DNA from: Fimbriosthenelais zetlandica
Taxonomy: Eukaryota
NCBI GenBank assembly: GCA_977030845.1
Contig: OZ365113.1
Span: 20,832,001 to 20,896,000, forward strand
DNA length: 64,000 nucleotides
Direction: 5' to 3'
A model generated the notes under the pieces. The model searched no databases and was not told where the DNA came from. It worked only from the letters and a program-made list of their open reading frames with translations. Positions 36,410 to 49,400 of the stretch are shown here, piece after piece; the first letter of the stretch is position 1; each line of letters starts with the position of its first letter. Made by a program: the position numbers and the translations under genes.

Positions 36410-39400
36410 CAGTCCTCTCAGTCATTTAGAGCCATAAATCACTGACCATTGTCTGGTGTGTCCATGGAGCAGAGACTAGTGGGTCTGTCATATAATAGTC
36501 CACCCCCGACCTCATAGTCAGGCATCAGGCCACCTCTTTGTATTAGATGCCCAGTGACCTTTGGATATCCTGTGACCTTTGCTCTTGAATGACCCTCGTT
36601 TAATGAGGCTATTGCGTGAATAGATAAGGACGGGACATGGATTCAACACCATAATGGGCGAGCAGGAGAGATAAGGGAGATGACAGAGTATATATGGCTA
36701 TTTCTGTCTCTAAAAGTAAAACTCTCTAGATAGCTCTGTTCACCGCAAAACTAATCTCGCACAGAAGCTTGCTCTATAAAGCATTAGGCTGGGGATGAGA
36801 AAGAAAGTTCTCATGCCAACTCTATGCTTAATCTCCATAGGATTACCATCAGTAACATTGCATCATATAGGAAAAGCATACAAAAGAAAATATGATAGGC
36901 TTTATCTTCCTTTAGTGAGGACCGAAGGCATAATAAAAGTACCATCACTAATCTTAATGTATCAAGGCAACTTTTAATAAGTATAGCATCCAACGCCCAC
37001 CTGTTGCGCTTTGTAAGACATCTCTATATTCCAGACAGCAGCATCTTAGTCTATTGTTTTCCTTCCTGCCATCAGAGGAGGTGTCAAGGAGTCGCTTAAT
37101 TTCCTCCGTCAATTCACCCGGATTACAATAGAAGGTATGAAAGTTGATCTGAATTGCAAATAGGCTGGCAAGGTCTATCACTCTCTCTCGCGCTCTTTTC
37201 ATATGAACATGTATACAATGTATATGAACACTTTCTCTTCAAAGCAAAGCAGAGGAAATGCCAGTCAATTGATGGTGATGGTGAAGCGGATGGAGGAGGA
37301 AGAGGTGGAGGGAAGATGAGGGGAGGAAAAGGAAGAACTCGTAGTAGTCAGAGAAAGAGAACTATGAATTATTCAGTTGGTTATCCAGTCACAACAGAAA
37401 GTGGGGTTTTCTCAGGCAAGCAGAATGAATTCGACTGATTAGTACAAGGCGTCTTTTCCATAATCCATTTATTCTAATAGAGCTTTGTTTGTCTTGAATC
37501 TTAAAACCATTCACCAAGACGGACAAGCTGTGATTCCCTGCACTCACCAGACATCGCAGCAAAGGTCACAAACATAAAAAGTAGAGTGCAGCATCCGTCA
37601 TCTGTATCATAGCACTTTGTATTAGTTTCATGATAAGTCAGATATTAATAATTCAAAAACTGTATTAGGTCTCTGTAAATTACAAATAATGTCTCCAAAC
37701 GTCCAATATTCAAGGTAGGACATTTTGGTTCATCACAGGGATATTCGTGCTCTGGGAGAAAACTTAAAGACAGTGAGAGCACCCAGCGTTGATGACTTAA
37801 GGCAGTAGCAATACAGGAATGACTGCTGCAGGCTGTGGACCTAATGAAATTAAAACGACCATGGTCATTCATCATGGGCGGCATGTCTGTCACGGTAGGT
37901 CAATCCGGTTTATGGCCCCATAGCGTAACCAGCCATTCAGTCAACAGCGACAAGACAAACGAGACGGCAGACAGCCCACTGTCACCAGCCATACAGCTTT
38001 AATTGATCTACACCCCAATCATACAGCCGCCATTTCATTAGCCCACATTATTGTCCCGTGCTTCTTTTGTTAGTAGGTAATCAAAATGGTGAATGTAATA
38101 GACGACGGTACGGTCATACGCCACCCCGACAACGATGTATCCTTTCCTTGTCCGGAAAGGTGAATTGATCAGAGTTTCCTTTATTGTCCCAGCGGTGATT
38201 TAGAAAAATCTAGATTCGACTCGGAGTATCTGTTCTCTCATGCAATAGTGAACAAAGCAATGTCAGGCTGTTCGGAATTGGCATAAAAAGCGGTCGTAAA
38301 ATGCCAGGTTCTATTTAATGGTAGCACTAAGCTGTGGTAGTCCACAGCGGAAATGGTAATTGTAACTAGGCATTTGTAATGAACAACAGGATGTTACACA
38401 ATATAAAACACTGATTGTTTAGTCTTATTTGGCCATTGCTTATCTTTTCAAAATCATTGTATCAATAATATCCAGCAATGTGAGTTTATGTTGGATAGTC
38501 TGCACCACTTGGTGAAGGCAGATCCAGCTACATTTTCCAAGCGAATCATGAACACTAATCAGATCATAAAATCACAAAGTCTGTCCTCTGGGGCTCAGCA
38601 AGCTGGTATTTATGTGGCTGGCCTTCACTCCATATGGAGATCCCCTATTATCGTCCAGAGCAGCTCCTCAAGAGCAACTCATTCAAGATTCAACAAGGCC
38701 TTCAGAAGACAAGTGCCGCCATCTTAACTGATAGTATGATCGTAAGATTAGCTCACAACAGCTGATAGTAGGAAGGTAAACATGTCATTGTCCAAGCTTC
38801 ATAATATAACGAGTTTAGCAAGGCTAGAATGGGTTTTGTATCAACATCTCATCGAATACAGTGTGAGGGCCTTTTTTTTTCTGGGGAGCCATGAAAAGAT
38901 CTGGCGACATTTCGACAGCCGCAGCCTTTTGTATACTGGTTGGTGGAAGTTGGTGGATTTTGTTAATCCAAATGACTAGGAATGCTGTGATCCATAGTTT
39001 TTTTTCTTTTATCCAGCCACAATTGTATTATGGAGGCTTCAGTATATACAAACTCTGGCTGGTGCCTTTCCTTTTAGACCATTTTTATTACGTTACCAAT
39101 CTAAAATATATATAGAATGCATTTCTAGATGCATTCGTACACAAGCTCCTCTGTCACAATACAAAGGCATGGCAAAATACAAAGAAGCTCAGAGATGTCA
39201 ATGCTGAGCTAAGGGCTTAAGGAGAATCAGCTCAGAGATTCTCAGGTGATCCCTTAATGGTTGACAGCCAAGTAGAACACAGATGTGAACCAGCAGCAAA
39301 CACAAAGAGGGGTCAAGCTTGGGTCAAGTTCCACCCACATGGACATATCTTACCAATACAGAACAACTGGCCTGGGATGGCTTGACCTGCAAATGAAACC

Positions 39401-39965
39401 CAGTAGACTTCCACATGTCTTCAGATTTTTTGTTATTTTTGAAAAGGTGGATATCAGGTGTCCGCCTGATCCCTTTGGTTTTCCGAAAATGACCTCGGAG
39501 CAAAATTGAAGGCACTGTCCGTGTATAGGTAGGGGGGAAATCTCATGATAAGGATTTGACTTGCATGTAGTTGAAAATAAACAATAATTTTGGGGAGGAG
39601 GGCCACTCTAAAACCCAGCTGCTCCATGTGGATTGCTTCCCCCAAATGGGTCAAGTCTTTTAACCTCACTATGAAATAGATTACTTCTTTTTTAAAGTCA
39701 TGAATTCAGAAATGTATGTCTACTGAAAGTCAATACACAGGCCCAGAGATTATCAGTAATCATATATGCAAAATATGAGGAGTGTAGACAAAAAAAGAAT
39801 GTGAAGATATAATCTTAGAGGCAGGAATACTCTAGAGAACTAAAACGCCCAAGGGTTTGGATGTTTCTACAAATGTAATCACTTGGTGAATACCATGAAC
39901 AAAACCAATTCAAACAAACTTAAAGAACAAAGTCATGATAACGGTGATAAAAATGATTAACTTAC

Positions 39966-40031
39966 CCATTCAATGCACCTCAGGAACCCCCGTGGCTCCT
40001 TCAGCGGCGTTAGGTTCATCCCCGAGGCAAC
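39966..40031 (-). CDS. SYP: Synaptophysin/physin-family (MARVEL) coding exon, VASGMNLTPLKEPRGFLRCIEW
   Basis: tttcttttcacag acceptor, 66-nt phase 0-0 exon, gtaagt donor. The KEPxGFxxxxxW motif and 22-codon length match human SYP [22 protein letters not shown] as recalled. Family-level call only. Confidence 0.75.
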
Positions 40032-41937
40032 CTGTGAAAAGAAACATAAACCAGATTTAATAAGACGTCCATGAATCCATGTCACTTTTTATTACAAACT
40101 CCCATGTAATAATCCTGCAATAAAAGACATATCTATCTATACCAAAAGGTGCTCTTTAATATCAGAATGCCTTTCATTTTTACCAGCTGCTCTGAAAAAC
40201 GTATGCAGCATTTGACACTAATTTGTTAGAATGGCATTTGGGCCAAGACACAAGTTTAGCTTTATTACTTGGTTTCGAAGTTCAGATATTTGACCGAATA
40301 AAAGTGGGCGAATGTAACCAAAATATAAGACTGGTAATGAATGTAGTTATACTCGCGTAACCTCGTGGGTGAGGGGAACCTGGGACCATTGTAATGAAAT
40401 GCCCATCACCTGACAGGAGAGGTCACAGGTCAAACTACTAGGGTCCACAGGGATGGGACTTAACTGGGACTGATATGACCACTTGTCAAATTAACTCCAC
40501 AGTCCCACATAGATTCTCCCTGCCTGCAGATAAGACTTGAGTAAATACCAGGGTTTTATGAGATGGCCGATATACTAGCTGGAATTATAGCTACTATAGC
40601 CACATGTACATTGCTTACCTATATGTTTTCATGGTATCTTATTCTATCATGATATATTTTTTAAATTGAATAATTATTTTTTCAGGAGATGGAATGGGGG
40701 TGTCGTTCACGGCTCAGGAATGTTCAACCTCTGTTCTTTTCTTAGGGCAATATTCATTGAGACATTAGTGCGACAAAGTGCATTGCAGGGAAAATGCATA
40801 CCGTGGACACTTAAACCTCAATTCACATCTTTTAATCCCGCACAATTCTATCGCACAAACACTGTGTCGTAAGAGAGAGGGACGGCCTTAACGTCAGAAC
40901 CATGCGTTACTACTAATGTCATATGGTGATGGCTATATAATATAGTTGATACTTAACAATGTTATCCCATCATAAACCAACTCAGCCCTTGCGATTCCCC
41001 CGAGAACACATTCCTCAGGCTTTTTCTGCACCAGAAATGGAGAATAGCTAAATACATATTTATTATAGGCTCCGCAGGAAAATGTTTAGCAAGTGAATGC
41101 AGAAAGCGAAGGCCATGAGTGAATGGTGATCTATGCGATATGGTCATTCAATTGTCTCCTAACAGTGAATAGCAATGAGGAAATGACTACCAATGAGGCA
41201 CAGTGAGTCCGTGAGGAGCAGTACATAAAACAAGAGCAGCTCGGTCATGATCACAGTGAGCTGCTCCCTATGTTGGGGTGACAGTGGTAAGAATATTCAC
41301 TGCTTGACAGAGCCTCTCCTTATGTGCGCTCCACCATGGCTCAGCCGGCCGTCAGTGGTCACAATGGTGACAAGGGGCGTGCAATGCACTGCAGATCAAG
41401 GCACATTTTATGCATATTATGCTCAGATTCCTATTACTGAGATGTAACGGGAGAAATAGAGAATACATTGTGAAGATGGAGTTGTGCCCGAGGGGTGGGG
41501 GGGGGGGGGGAGGGGGGAGGGGGGATGCAATGGATGATAATCCATCTGTGTACTTCTATATTGAGCAATCTACAAGAATCTCTCCAAACGCCAATGACAC
41601 GGCATTAGGTTATCTTATATAAAGTGAATGAAAATATTCATGAGACATAGGACTAATAGAATTTGAGGTCCATTTTACTTTTACCTTCCAATTTGTTCGG
41701 ATGAGGTGTGTTTCCATTTGCACTACTGAATAATGTATGTATATGCAAAATAAAAGGAGGGAACATTGTCAACAGGTTTTGGTGAACAAGTGGTTATATA
41801 GGGCATTTGGTAATCGAATTAAATTACTCTTGTGATCATATGTTATTAAGGCTAATTGGATGGGCAAACTAAAGCAGACATATACAGAGATAATCCCATT
41901 AGCGTCAGTCACTAAGAAATGAAACATGTTAACTTAC

Positions 41938-41963
41938 CATGAAATCCGTCAGAAATTATAAGC
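41938..41963 (-). CDS. Candidate start-codon exon of the synaptophysin-like gene (ATG directly followed by donor)
   Basis: Minus strand ...gacggatttcATG|gtaagtt, phase 0, compatible with the 66-nt exon; in-frame TAA upstream. The 5' boundary (ttttag acceptor or a TSS) is uncertain. Confidence 0.45.
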
Positions 41964-42444
41964 TAAAAGTGGAAATGTGAGCGTTGGGTCGTTTGGAGTT
42001 AATGAACATTCATTTATGGCGATTCAAATATCCTAATTATCTAGAATCAAGGTGGAATGAACAATTCTCGGAATAACTGCCAACTATGTTTCCCGGCAAA
42101 TCACAACTGAAGCTTCCCAGAGAAAACAAGATCAGCTTTTAACAATTCTGCAATCCACAAACATCACTAATTTTTATTTAATATGTTTTCATGTCAGAAA
42201 ATCATGGTCTGCCTCCGGCTATATAATTAGTTCATCTTGGATCGGACAGATCAAAAGCCACGGAAAATGCCATAAAATCAAATGATTCAATTTAGGAGGA
42301 AACTATTCAATGTAGAGGCCTAACCTAATAAGGTAACACTATAAGACTTCCCCCAATCCATTGCTCCTACAGCAGAAAGCTTCAGGAAGTAGAGATTGGA
42401 ATCTATTACTTTTCTGATGCGGAGCATTTAGCAACCTTGTGGGT

Positions 42445-42475
42445 GGGAGGGCTGGGAGAGGGGAGAGGGGGAGGG

Positions 42476-42517
<42 letters not shown>

Positions 42518-42730
42518 AGAGAGAGGGGGGGGGAGAGAGAGGGGGGAGAGAGAGAGGGGGGGGGGAGAGAGAGCGCGAGAGAGGGAGAGAGAAGGAGAGA
42601 GAGAAAAGAGAAGAGAGGCGAGACAGGGAGAGAGAGATAGCAACAGAGAGAGAGAGAGTGAGGGAAAGATAGAAGACAGGGAGGAGAGAGAAAGGGAAGG
42701 GGAAGTCAGGTAGAGTGGAAGGGAGAGAGG
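42445..42730. repeat. ~285-bp GA/G-rich polypurine tract
   Basis: Long (GA)n stretches interrupted by G runs. Confidence 0.95.
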
Positions 42731-43994
42731 ACTAACTGAATTTGTGCAAGCAACAGGTTGTTAATCCTTTTAAAGTAATGGCAGGTTGGAACCACTCGTG
42801 CTTGCAGAGAGGTGTAGGCGTCCAGTTCATTCTCTGTATCATTTAAATTTACATGAATCTACATTGGAAATAAATTTGACATGCCCATAGCATGTGAAAA
42901 TTACATTTTGTCCGCATGTCTTTTCAATAAGAGACAGGCAAGTGATGACATCTTAGTTCACTTTCTAGAATGCAGATTGAAAACATCATCTGTGCCGATA
43001 CATCAACGCCTAGACTTCTACAAATGTTTGTTATGAGGACAGACAGGATCTTACAATGATATTTAAAAATATCTCTTCAAATCTTGCTCAGGCAGTTGAG
43101 TAATTGCCTTCAGGCTGGCATGTCACTTCAAAGTAAATCAACCTATTTCGGTATTTTGGTATTGAGGAAAGAATATAGTAAAAGGCTGCTTCTTAGAAGC
43201 GATTCACAGGCATGTTACACAGATGCAATATCACTATGAAGGAAAACAAAGTTATGTTGCTGCCATGGAAAGAGCCCAGTTTTGGCAAGGTTGAATGACA
43301 GTGGTCTCTCAATGGTCGCTTCACCGTCAAGATGGTGCTGCAAATGGGACTGCAGGGTAACATAATAGTCCGAAAGTCGTAGTTCAAATCTCTGCATGGA
43401 GAGCCATGGATGTCCTTGACAGACATTTAATCATAAATCATAATATCTGACCATTAACCAAAGAATAATGTCAAATGTTGGGGTACACTGAAATTGAAAA
43501 TGGGAATGAAAAAATGTTTAATGCTTTGTACCATGCAGAAATAGAGCAATCCTTAAGCATATATAACATGAAAGGACTTTCGCATATCGATTACATTTTT
43601 CACAACCATATGCTGGTTCCCAGAGAATATTATTGTTTTAAGGCAGTCAAAACCAGCAAATGAAATTTCCATCCGTTTTGAAATGATGAGATTCCTGTTG
43701 ACTTTGCGAGGGAAAAAGGAGACATCAAAGTCTCTTCAACTTTTATTTCCCACTCGGAGTGAAGGTAACATCGGAGAGCATGTGATTAATTGAAGCCAGC
43801 TCAATTTTCATTTGCTACATTTGCTCAGGCGCAGCAAGTCGGCAAACCCGAGCCTCATTAAGTGGACAATTTCTTTCATTTTCTTTTAACTTGAGAAAAT
43901 ATTCCATCCCTGGTATCAAATGAAAATTTCTTACGGTTTCTGCAGTTTAAAAGTGGTATGCATTTAGTTGTTTTGTGAACATGCAAGGCATTCA

Positions 43995-44220
43995 AGTATC
44001 CTTATTACCCAATTATTTTTGATAAAGGGAAATTTAATGCAAAGTGAGTCACTAAGTGGAAAAGGGACCTCTGCAAGTCACTTTGGGTAACTTTGTATGG
44101 ACGGGATAATAATATGTCTTCTATTTAGTATCCTTATTAACCAATTATTTTTGATAAGGGGAAATTTAATACAAAGCGGAAAAAGGACCTGTGGATGACA
44201 ATTTAGGTAATTTTGTATAC
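43995..44220. repeat. Diverged 132-bp-period tandem duplication
   Basis: agtatccttatta(c/a)ccaattatttttgataa(a/g)gggaaatttaat starts at 43995 and at 44127. Confidence 0.85.
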
Positions 44221-45899
44221 CCCCTTACTCATAACATAAAGACACTGGGATGGTGACAAGGTGACAGCCCAGTGGCCGTCCTTTATTAAACAAAGAACAA
44301 AAATATAAAAAGAAAAAAGAAAAGGAAGCGTAGGTGTATGGCGTTTGGCCGCCAGTGTTGCAGTGAGTTCAACATGGCGGGGTTGCTATGACGCGACATG
44401 CTTAACATGCGCGATTACAAAGTAGTCTACTCGTCGACGTATAGATCTATAGCCATGCCTATAGAATCATATATGAGGACGGGAGACTAATATGTTTTCT
44501 ATTTGTCTTGATGATGTTTATATATAGCAGCATGGAGTACAGGTAAAGGCAATCTATGGTGTGTGGGAGTTTGTACTGATGACTGGACGTAATGGGAATA
44601 AGACACGTAGAGAGGCGGACAGGGTTCTCAGATCAGCAGCCAAGAGGTGAGTGAACAGATGAAAGATGAAAGACACATCGACAGACGCTCAGACTCAGAG
44701 GTTACAAGAACTATACAAGCATTGAAGGCCATGAAATTCAGACCTCCAAACTTATAAACACATTTCTATTTGGGGATTTTAAAAAAATTGATCGAGATCG
44801 ACAAGAAAAACTGGACAGATTGCAGTCAGGATTAGAACCTAGATGTAATACTATCGCCTTTTATTACATACAGTTTGAATATTCTGCAATGCACAGAGAA
44901 GAATATGCAACAACGTTTTAGCTATATCATATTTCAGGCATACATGAAAAAATCATCTTTTTCTGTAGTATATGCTGTAATATAAGTCGTCATATTCTGA
45001 AATATATTACACATAGGATAAAACATATGGAAGGGAGAGAATACCAGTATGAATCAATTGTGTTTGTGCAGCTGGGAAATATATGCATGAGCAATCTAGC
45101 AAACACAGTGCCAAGTAGGGGATAGGCACTCCCAAGGGGAAGATGCTGGGGAAGAAGGATGAGGGGATGGAATCTATAGGATTAGTTGAAAATTTCCTAC
45201 AGACGAGGCATATGATTCTTCCCAATGCACCGTGAGAAGAAGGTTCAAATTCCAGAGAGGATTGACTCAACACTATTAATGACAGAGATCAATGACAGTC
45301 TGCGCACCTGCACAATCAGTTTCATATATATATTCCAAGATTAGAAGCACCTGAACATGAAATGACCAGATACCACCGGACGATGCTTAATTGCAGCAAT
45401 GAAGAATATTTTGGCATAAATTAACTGACGCAATCAAAGTTCTCCCATAAACAAGGTATGAGTTAATTTTTGGAGTTTTTACACAAAAAAGTGTCCTGTT
45501 ATTACATAGTAACAGATTTTAATCAGTAAATCATTCCAAAATTCAATATAAAACAAAACATGCGATGCCCACTAGATTTTCCTTCGCATACTGCACAGAG
45601 GGGCAGCCTATAAAAGGCATTATCTCATCTGTGCTTATCATTTTTTCCGGTGAATTATTTATTGGCGCTTGATCATCAACCTCGGCTGTGCTATCAAAGC
45701 TTGCCGTAATAACCAGACACTCGGGATTGGAGCCTTGTTCCAGCTAAAAGCTTTGAACATTATTATTTTTTCCTGACATATCTGTCACAGTGTGGAGTCC
45801 ATCCCGGTACCTTGTGCAGTAGTGGCCGCCATATTTGTTTTAATAACTTCTAGGAATAATACCGTTGGAAGTCGAGGAATGATTGAGACCGTGTTTCTC

Positions 45900-46028
45900 T
45901 ATTTATCATTAGGATTTATCACATCTCCTAGTACTATACATCCTTGAAAAGCTCATAATCTGCTCTACACGAATCTGCAACTAACTGCAGACTTTAGACT
46001 TTAGACTCATTTCGTGAAAACATCTCAC
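45900..46028 (-). mobile_element. Truncated inverted copy of the 52411-52808 element family
   Basis: Reverse complement matches 52411-~52540 (gttgcagat.cgt.tagagcagattatgagctttt...atgtatagtac.aggagatgtga). Terminus ...aaaacatctcac is followed by ATAT. Confidence 0.8.
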
Positions 46029-46204
46029 ATATAGCCAGGTACTCAGTAAGCGGAGTATGACCAGGTGTGATGGTGTGACCAGGTGTGTGTGGTCAAGTCT
46101 GCTGCTCTTAGTGTAGACATAATTGGTCACCATACCCATTGTCTCTGACCAGCCTAGGCCCATTATCTACCGGCAGCACAAATTCAGGAAGGACAAAATA
46201 ACAA

Positions 46205-46430
46205 CAGGGTTCGGACACTTCCAGCAGATCAAAATTTCATGACATGATTTTAAAGGACCTTTTTTCCAATTTTTAAGGACCTATTTAGCTACTTTTTAGC
46301 CCTCAAGTGGACGGGACTGGTACTAGAGTTCAGATTTGTGGGGCTCTGTTCCCAAAATGTGGCAGGAATTTAACTAAATACACCTTTTAAATATATACTC
46401 TTTAAGGATTTTAAGGACGTACGAACCCTG
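46205..46430. mobile_element. 226-bp MITE with CAGGGTTCG TIRs and 5-bp TSD (hAT-like or unclassified)
   Basis: cagggttcg...cgaaccctg; AACAA on both flanks (46200-46204, 46431-46435); internal tt(a)aaggac repeats. Confidence 0.85.
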
Positions 46431-49400
46431 AACAAAGTCAGTGACATTTCAGTCATTCAGCATGCACCCCTCTCGGCAAAGGCCTCACAAACTAAATGAA
46501 GAAAACTTCAGCTTGAAACAAGAGAGTAATTGTTTTGGACTGCATTCGGCCAAACATTCGACAAATAGATGACAACAGATGCTTCTTCTAAGGTCTGATA
46601 GGTATAGGGCGGCCATCAGAGGTGATAGGGCGGGGGGAGAACGAGCTTTTTATGGACAGTAAAGCTGGGTTATGTGCTTCCTGAATGTCACACGCCTCTT
46701 TACGTGTTGTACAGGCGACCGTCACTTAACTTAACTCTAATTCCTCCAACGAGATAAAATAAGCCATTTAACAATACAGACTTTTCCCTCCCCATTCACC
46801 ACAAATTTATTTTAAATTTCTTCATGTGATTATGTGAAAAATGTAACAATCCTGACGTACAGAATGAGAAATGAAAGGCAATCAATGATTATTCCTTATC
46901 GATAATGTGCTTATTACTCTGACATTCCTTAATCATGAACTGAATGTTTGATCGATAGATCCAACTCACTCTTCACTGAAACAAATCAAACTTTTGTGGT
47001 GAAGAAATGGGTGGGCAATGACGAGGTGAATAGATGGGGCAATGCGGGGAGAGTGGGGTATTGTTGGCTGGTAGGAGAGGTGGATTAGGCAGTGTGGCCA
47101 GATGATGGACAGCCAACAGGCACAACAAACAAAGACATGTCATGTACTGTTAGCCACACGTCCCCGCCCTGCTACGAACAATTAATAGCAAGACATGCAA
47201 ACACTTATCCATCTAGTCGGCATTACGTTTCTCTGCTCCCACTCTGGATCCTAACTTACTGAGACTGTAAGTTACCACTTTGAGGAGATGGAAGACATGT
47301 CTGAGACTTTTCTTGGAGACAAATAAAGGGGAGTTTATTTCATAGAATGTCCCCGAAGATATGATTAAAATGTATTTGGAATTTAATGGGCGTTTCCTAT
47401 AGGAACCTCTCCATATCATTCACATAATAAAAAAGCTCCGGAATTTGCCAAACAATGACAATTCAATGGGCCTTTGCTATTCATGTATTGATCTATTTAA
47501 TCAGGGTAATAAACCAAAATTCCCCAGTAAGACAGAAATAATATGTTTGTATATTTTTCCTATAACAAAATGCCACAGCCCTAGACAACCCAATTATCCT
47601 TTGCCAAATCCTATTACTAAAATTTCAGACTTTCTCCAGCCTAAATACGCTCCTGACAGGCAAACAGACATTGTTCCAGATTAAGCGAAGTGCTGAAAGC
47701 TCAAAGGATTCAAAAAGACATCTTTCCCATGCACGTAAAATACATGCTTGGCATTTTACAAAGGGGAGGGAGGTTTTCACATTAGAATTGATTTCCAACA
47801 TTTTCCTAGTGGAGGCAAGCTTGCATTGCTGTCAGCAAAGGAAGGACGGGAAGACAATGAATTATTTTTTTATTATAGTTATTAAAATTCCAGGCTTCCA
47901 ATCCCGCTGATTTAATCTTAATCAATCATACAGCAAATTGACACCGTTGCAATTAAAGAACACAATGTAGATATACATTATATTTGCATCTAAGTATCAT
48001 CTCGTGCACTGATTTGTTATTAATATTGTGTTCTTTTGTTATATATCCCTCTCAGTCTCCCATATTGTCTTCCTCCGCGCATTCATTTTTCCTCGGAGTT
48101 ATTCGATAAGAATTTGTCCACAAAAATAGGCAATCCACTTAAACCTTTGACCGAAAATATCAAAATATGTGGGAAGTGGAGTGCTCCGCGAAAAGATGCA
48201 TTTCAGCAATGTAAACCAATCAGAGTAATACTGTTCATCCATTGGTAGTTGCCACTCGGCAGAAAATGATATGGACCAGTTGAAAGAGGGAAACAAGGAC
48301 TGTGCACTTAAGGCAATTGATGCCTGGATCGAGTAGCAGGCCGCCAATACCAGCCTCCACAACTCACGACAGGCTTTGTATCAATATGGGAGCAGCAACA
48401 GGTGCTGTTCTTTTTAACTCTATTTGTATGAATCAAAAGTGATGTCAGTCCGAATTTAACTGTCAGCGTGTAATGAAATATTACCTCATCCTTGCTTCCT
48501 ACCAGCTGCTTCATACCAGCCTTGAATTGAAGAACATGAACACAAGTGTATTCAACAGATACTTTTAAAGGACAACCAGCCTCGGAAGTCATGAGAAAAC
48601 TTTTACAGCGGAAAGTGTAACATTGTAAAATTGTGCTGGTGATTTTAGCACTGCTACAGACTGCAGTACTAATTCAAGCAATAACTTTCCTTGCAGTGGT
48701 ACGTACTGCAATATTGAGCGAATTTACTAAAACAATTTCGTCAGGATTTTAGCTGCTGGCCTGATCAGAATCTTTTGAAGCAATGAACTAACCCGAGATG
48801 AGTCGCTACGTGTAACACCTTCCATTTCTCATGGCCATGTAACACACGTACTGTGACATATGAGTCACACATGCCAGAGTGACGTGGCAAGGCGTGCGAC
48901 ACGGTCAGCAAGGGCATTCACCTGGTCAACGTCAACTCCCAGGAGGCTTCAATGCCCTGTAGGCGCCTCCAGGAGAAGGGTCAAGCACCCGAGGTGAGCA
49001 GTGACCAGCAAGAATGATCAGGTAGGTTAAAAGTGGGCTGAGGCATTGGCCTGGTGCTGGTGATGGAGGAGAGGTTAACCAAGTATGGCATCATACTAAT
49101 CCCCATTCCCTACCTACCACCTCCCATGCATAACAATGGGTGAGGACCACATGTGGTTGACATGAAACAATGAGCAGTAAGAATACGGGTCAAGGTACAT
49201 ATTGGTGCAAGTACCCTGCGGCATAAGTACTAACTTTATAATAAGGATATCTGAGTCAATGCTGAGGCCAGTATATACCAAGGTCTTCTTCAAGCCATGT
49301 CAAGACAGCAGTTGATGGTTTCCAAGGTTTGTGTGAAGCATATCATGCTGTGGTGGCATTCAGCAAGGCCTCAGATGTTCCCAAGTCTTTTTTTGTTTTC

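Noticed and set aside
45242-45253. Pol III B-box-like GGTTCAAATTCC, with similar motifs near 4175, 5985, 43381 and 44830
   Set aside because: No matching A box or cloverleaf; at most highly decayed SINE heads. No tRNA gene supported.
48880-49000. KACDTVSKGI resembling the LINE RT motif KAFDTV
   Set aside because: Spacing to any GVPQG-like motif is wrong and no other RT motifs are present.
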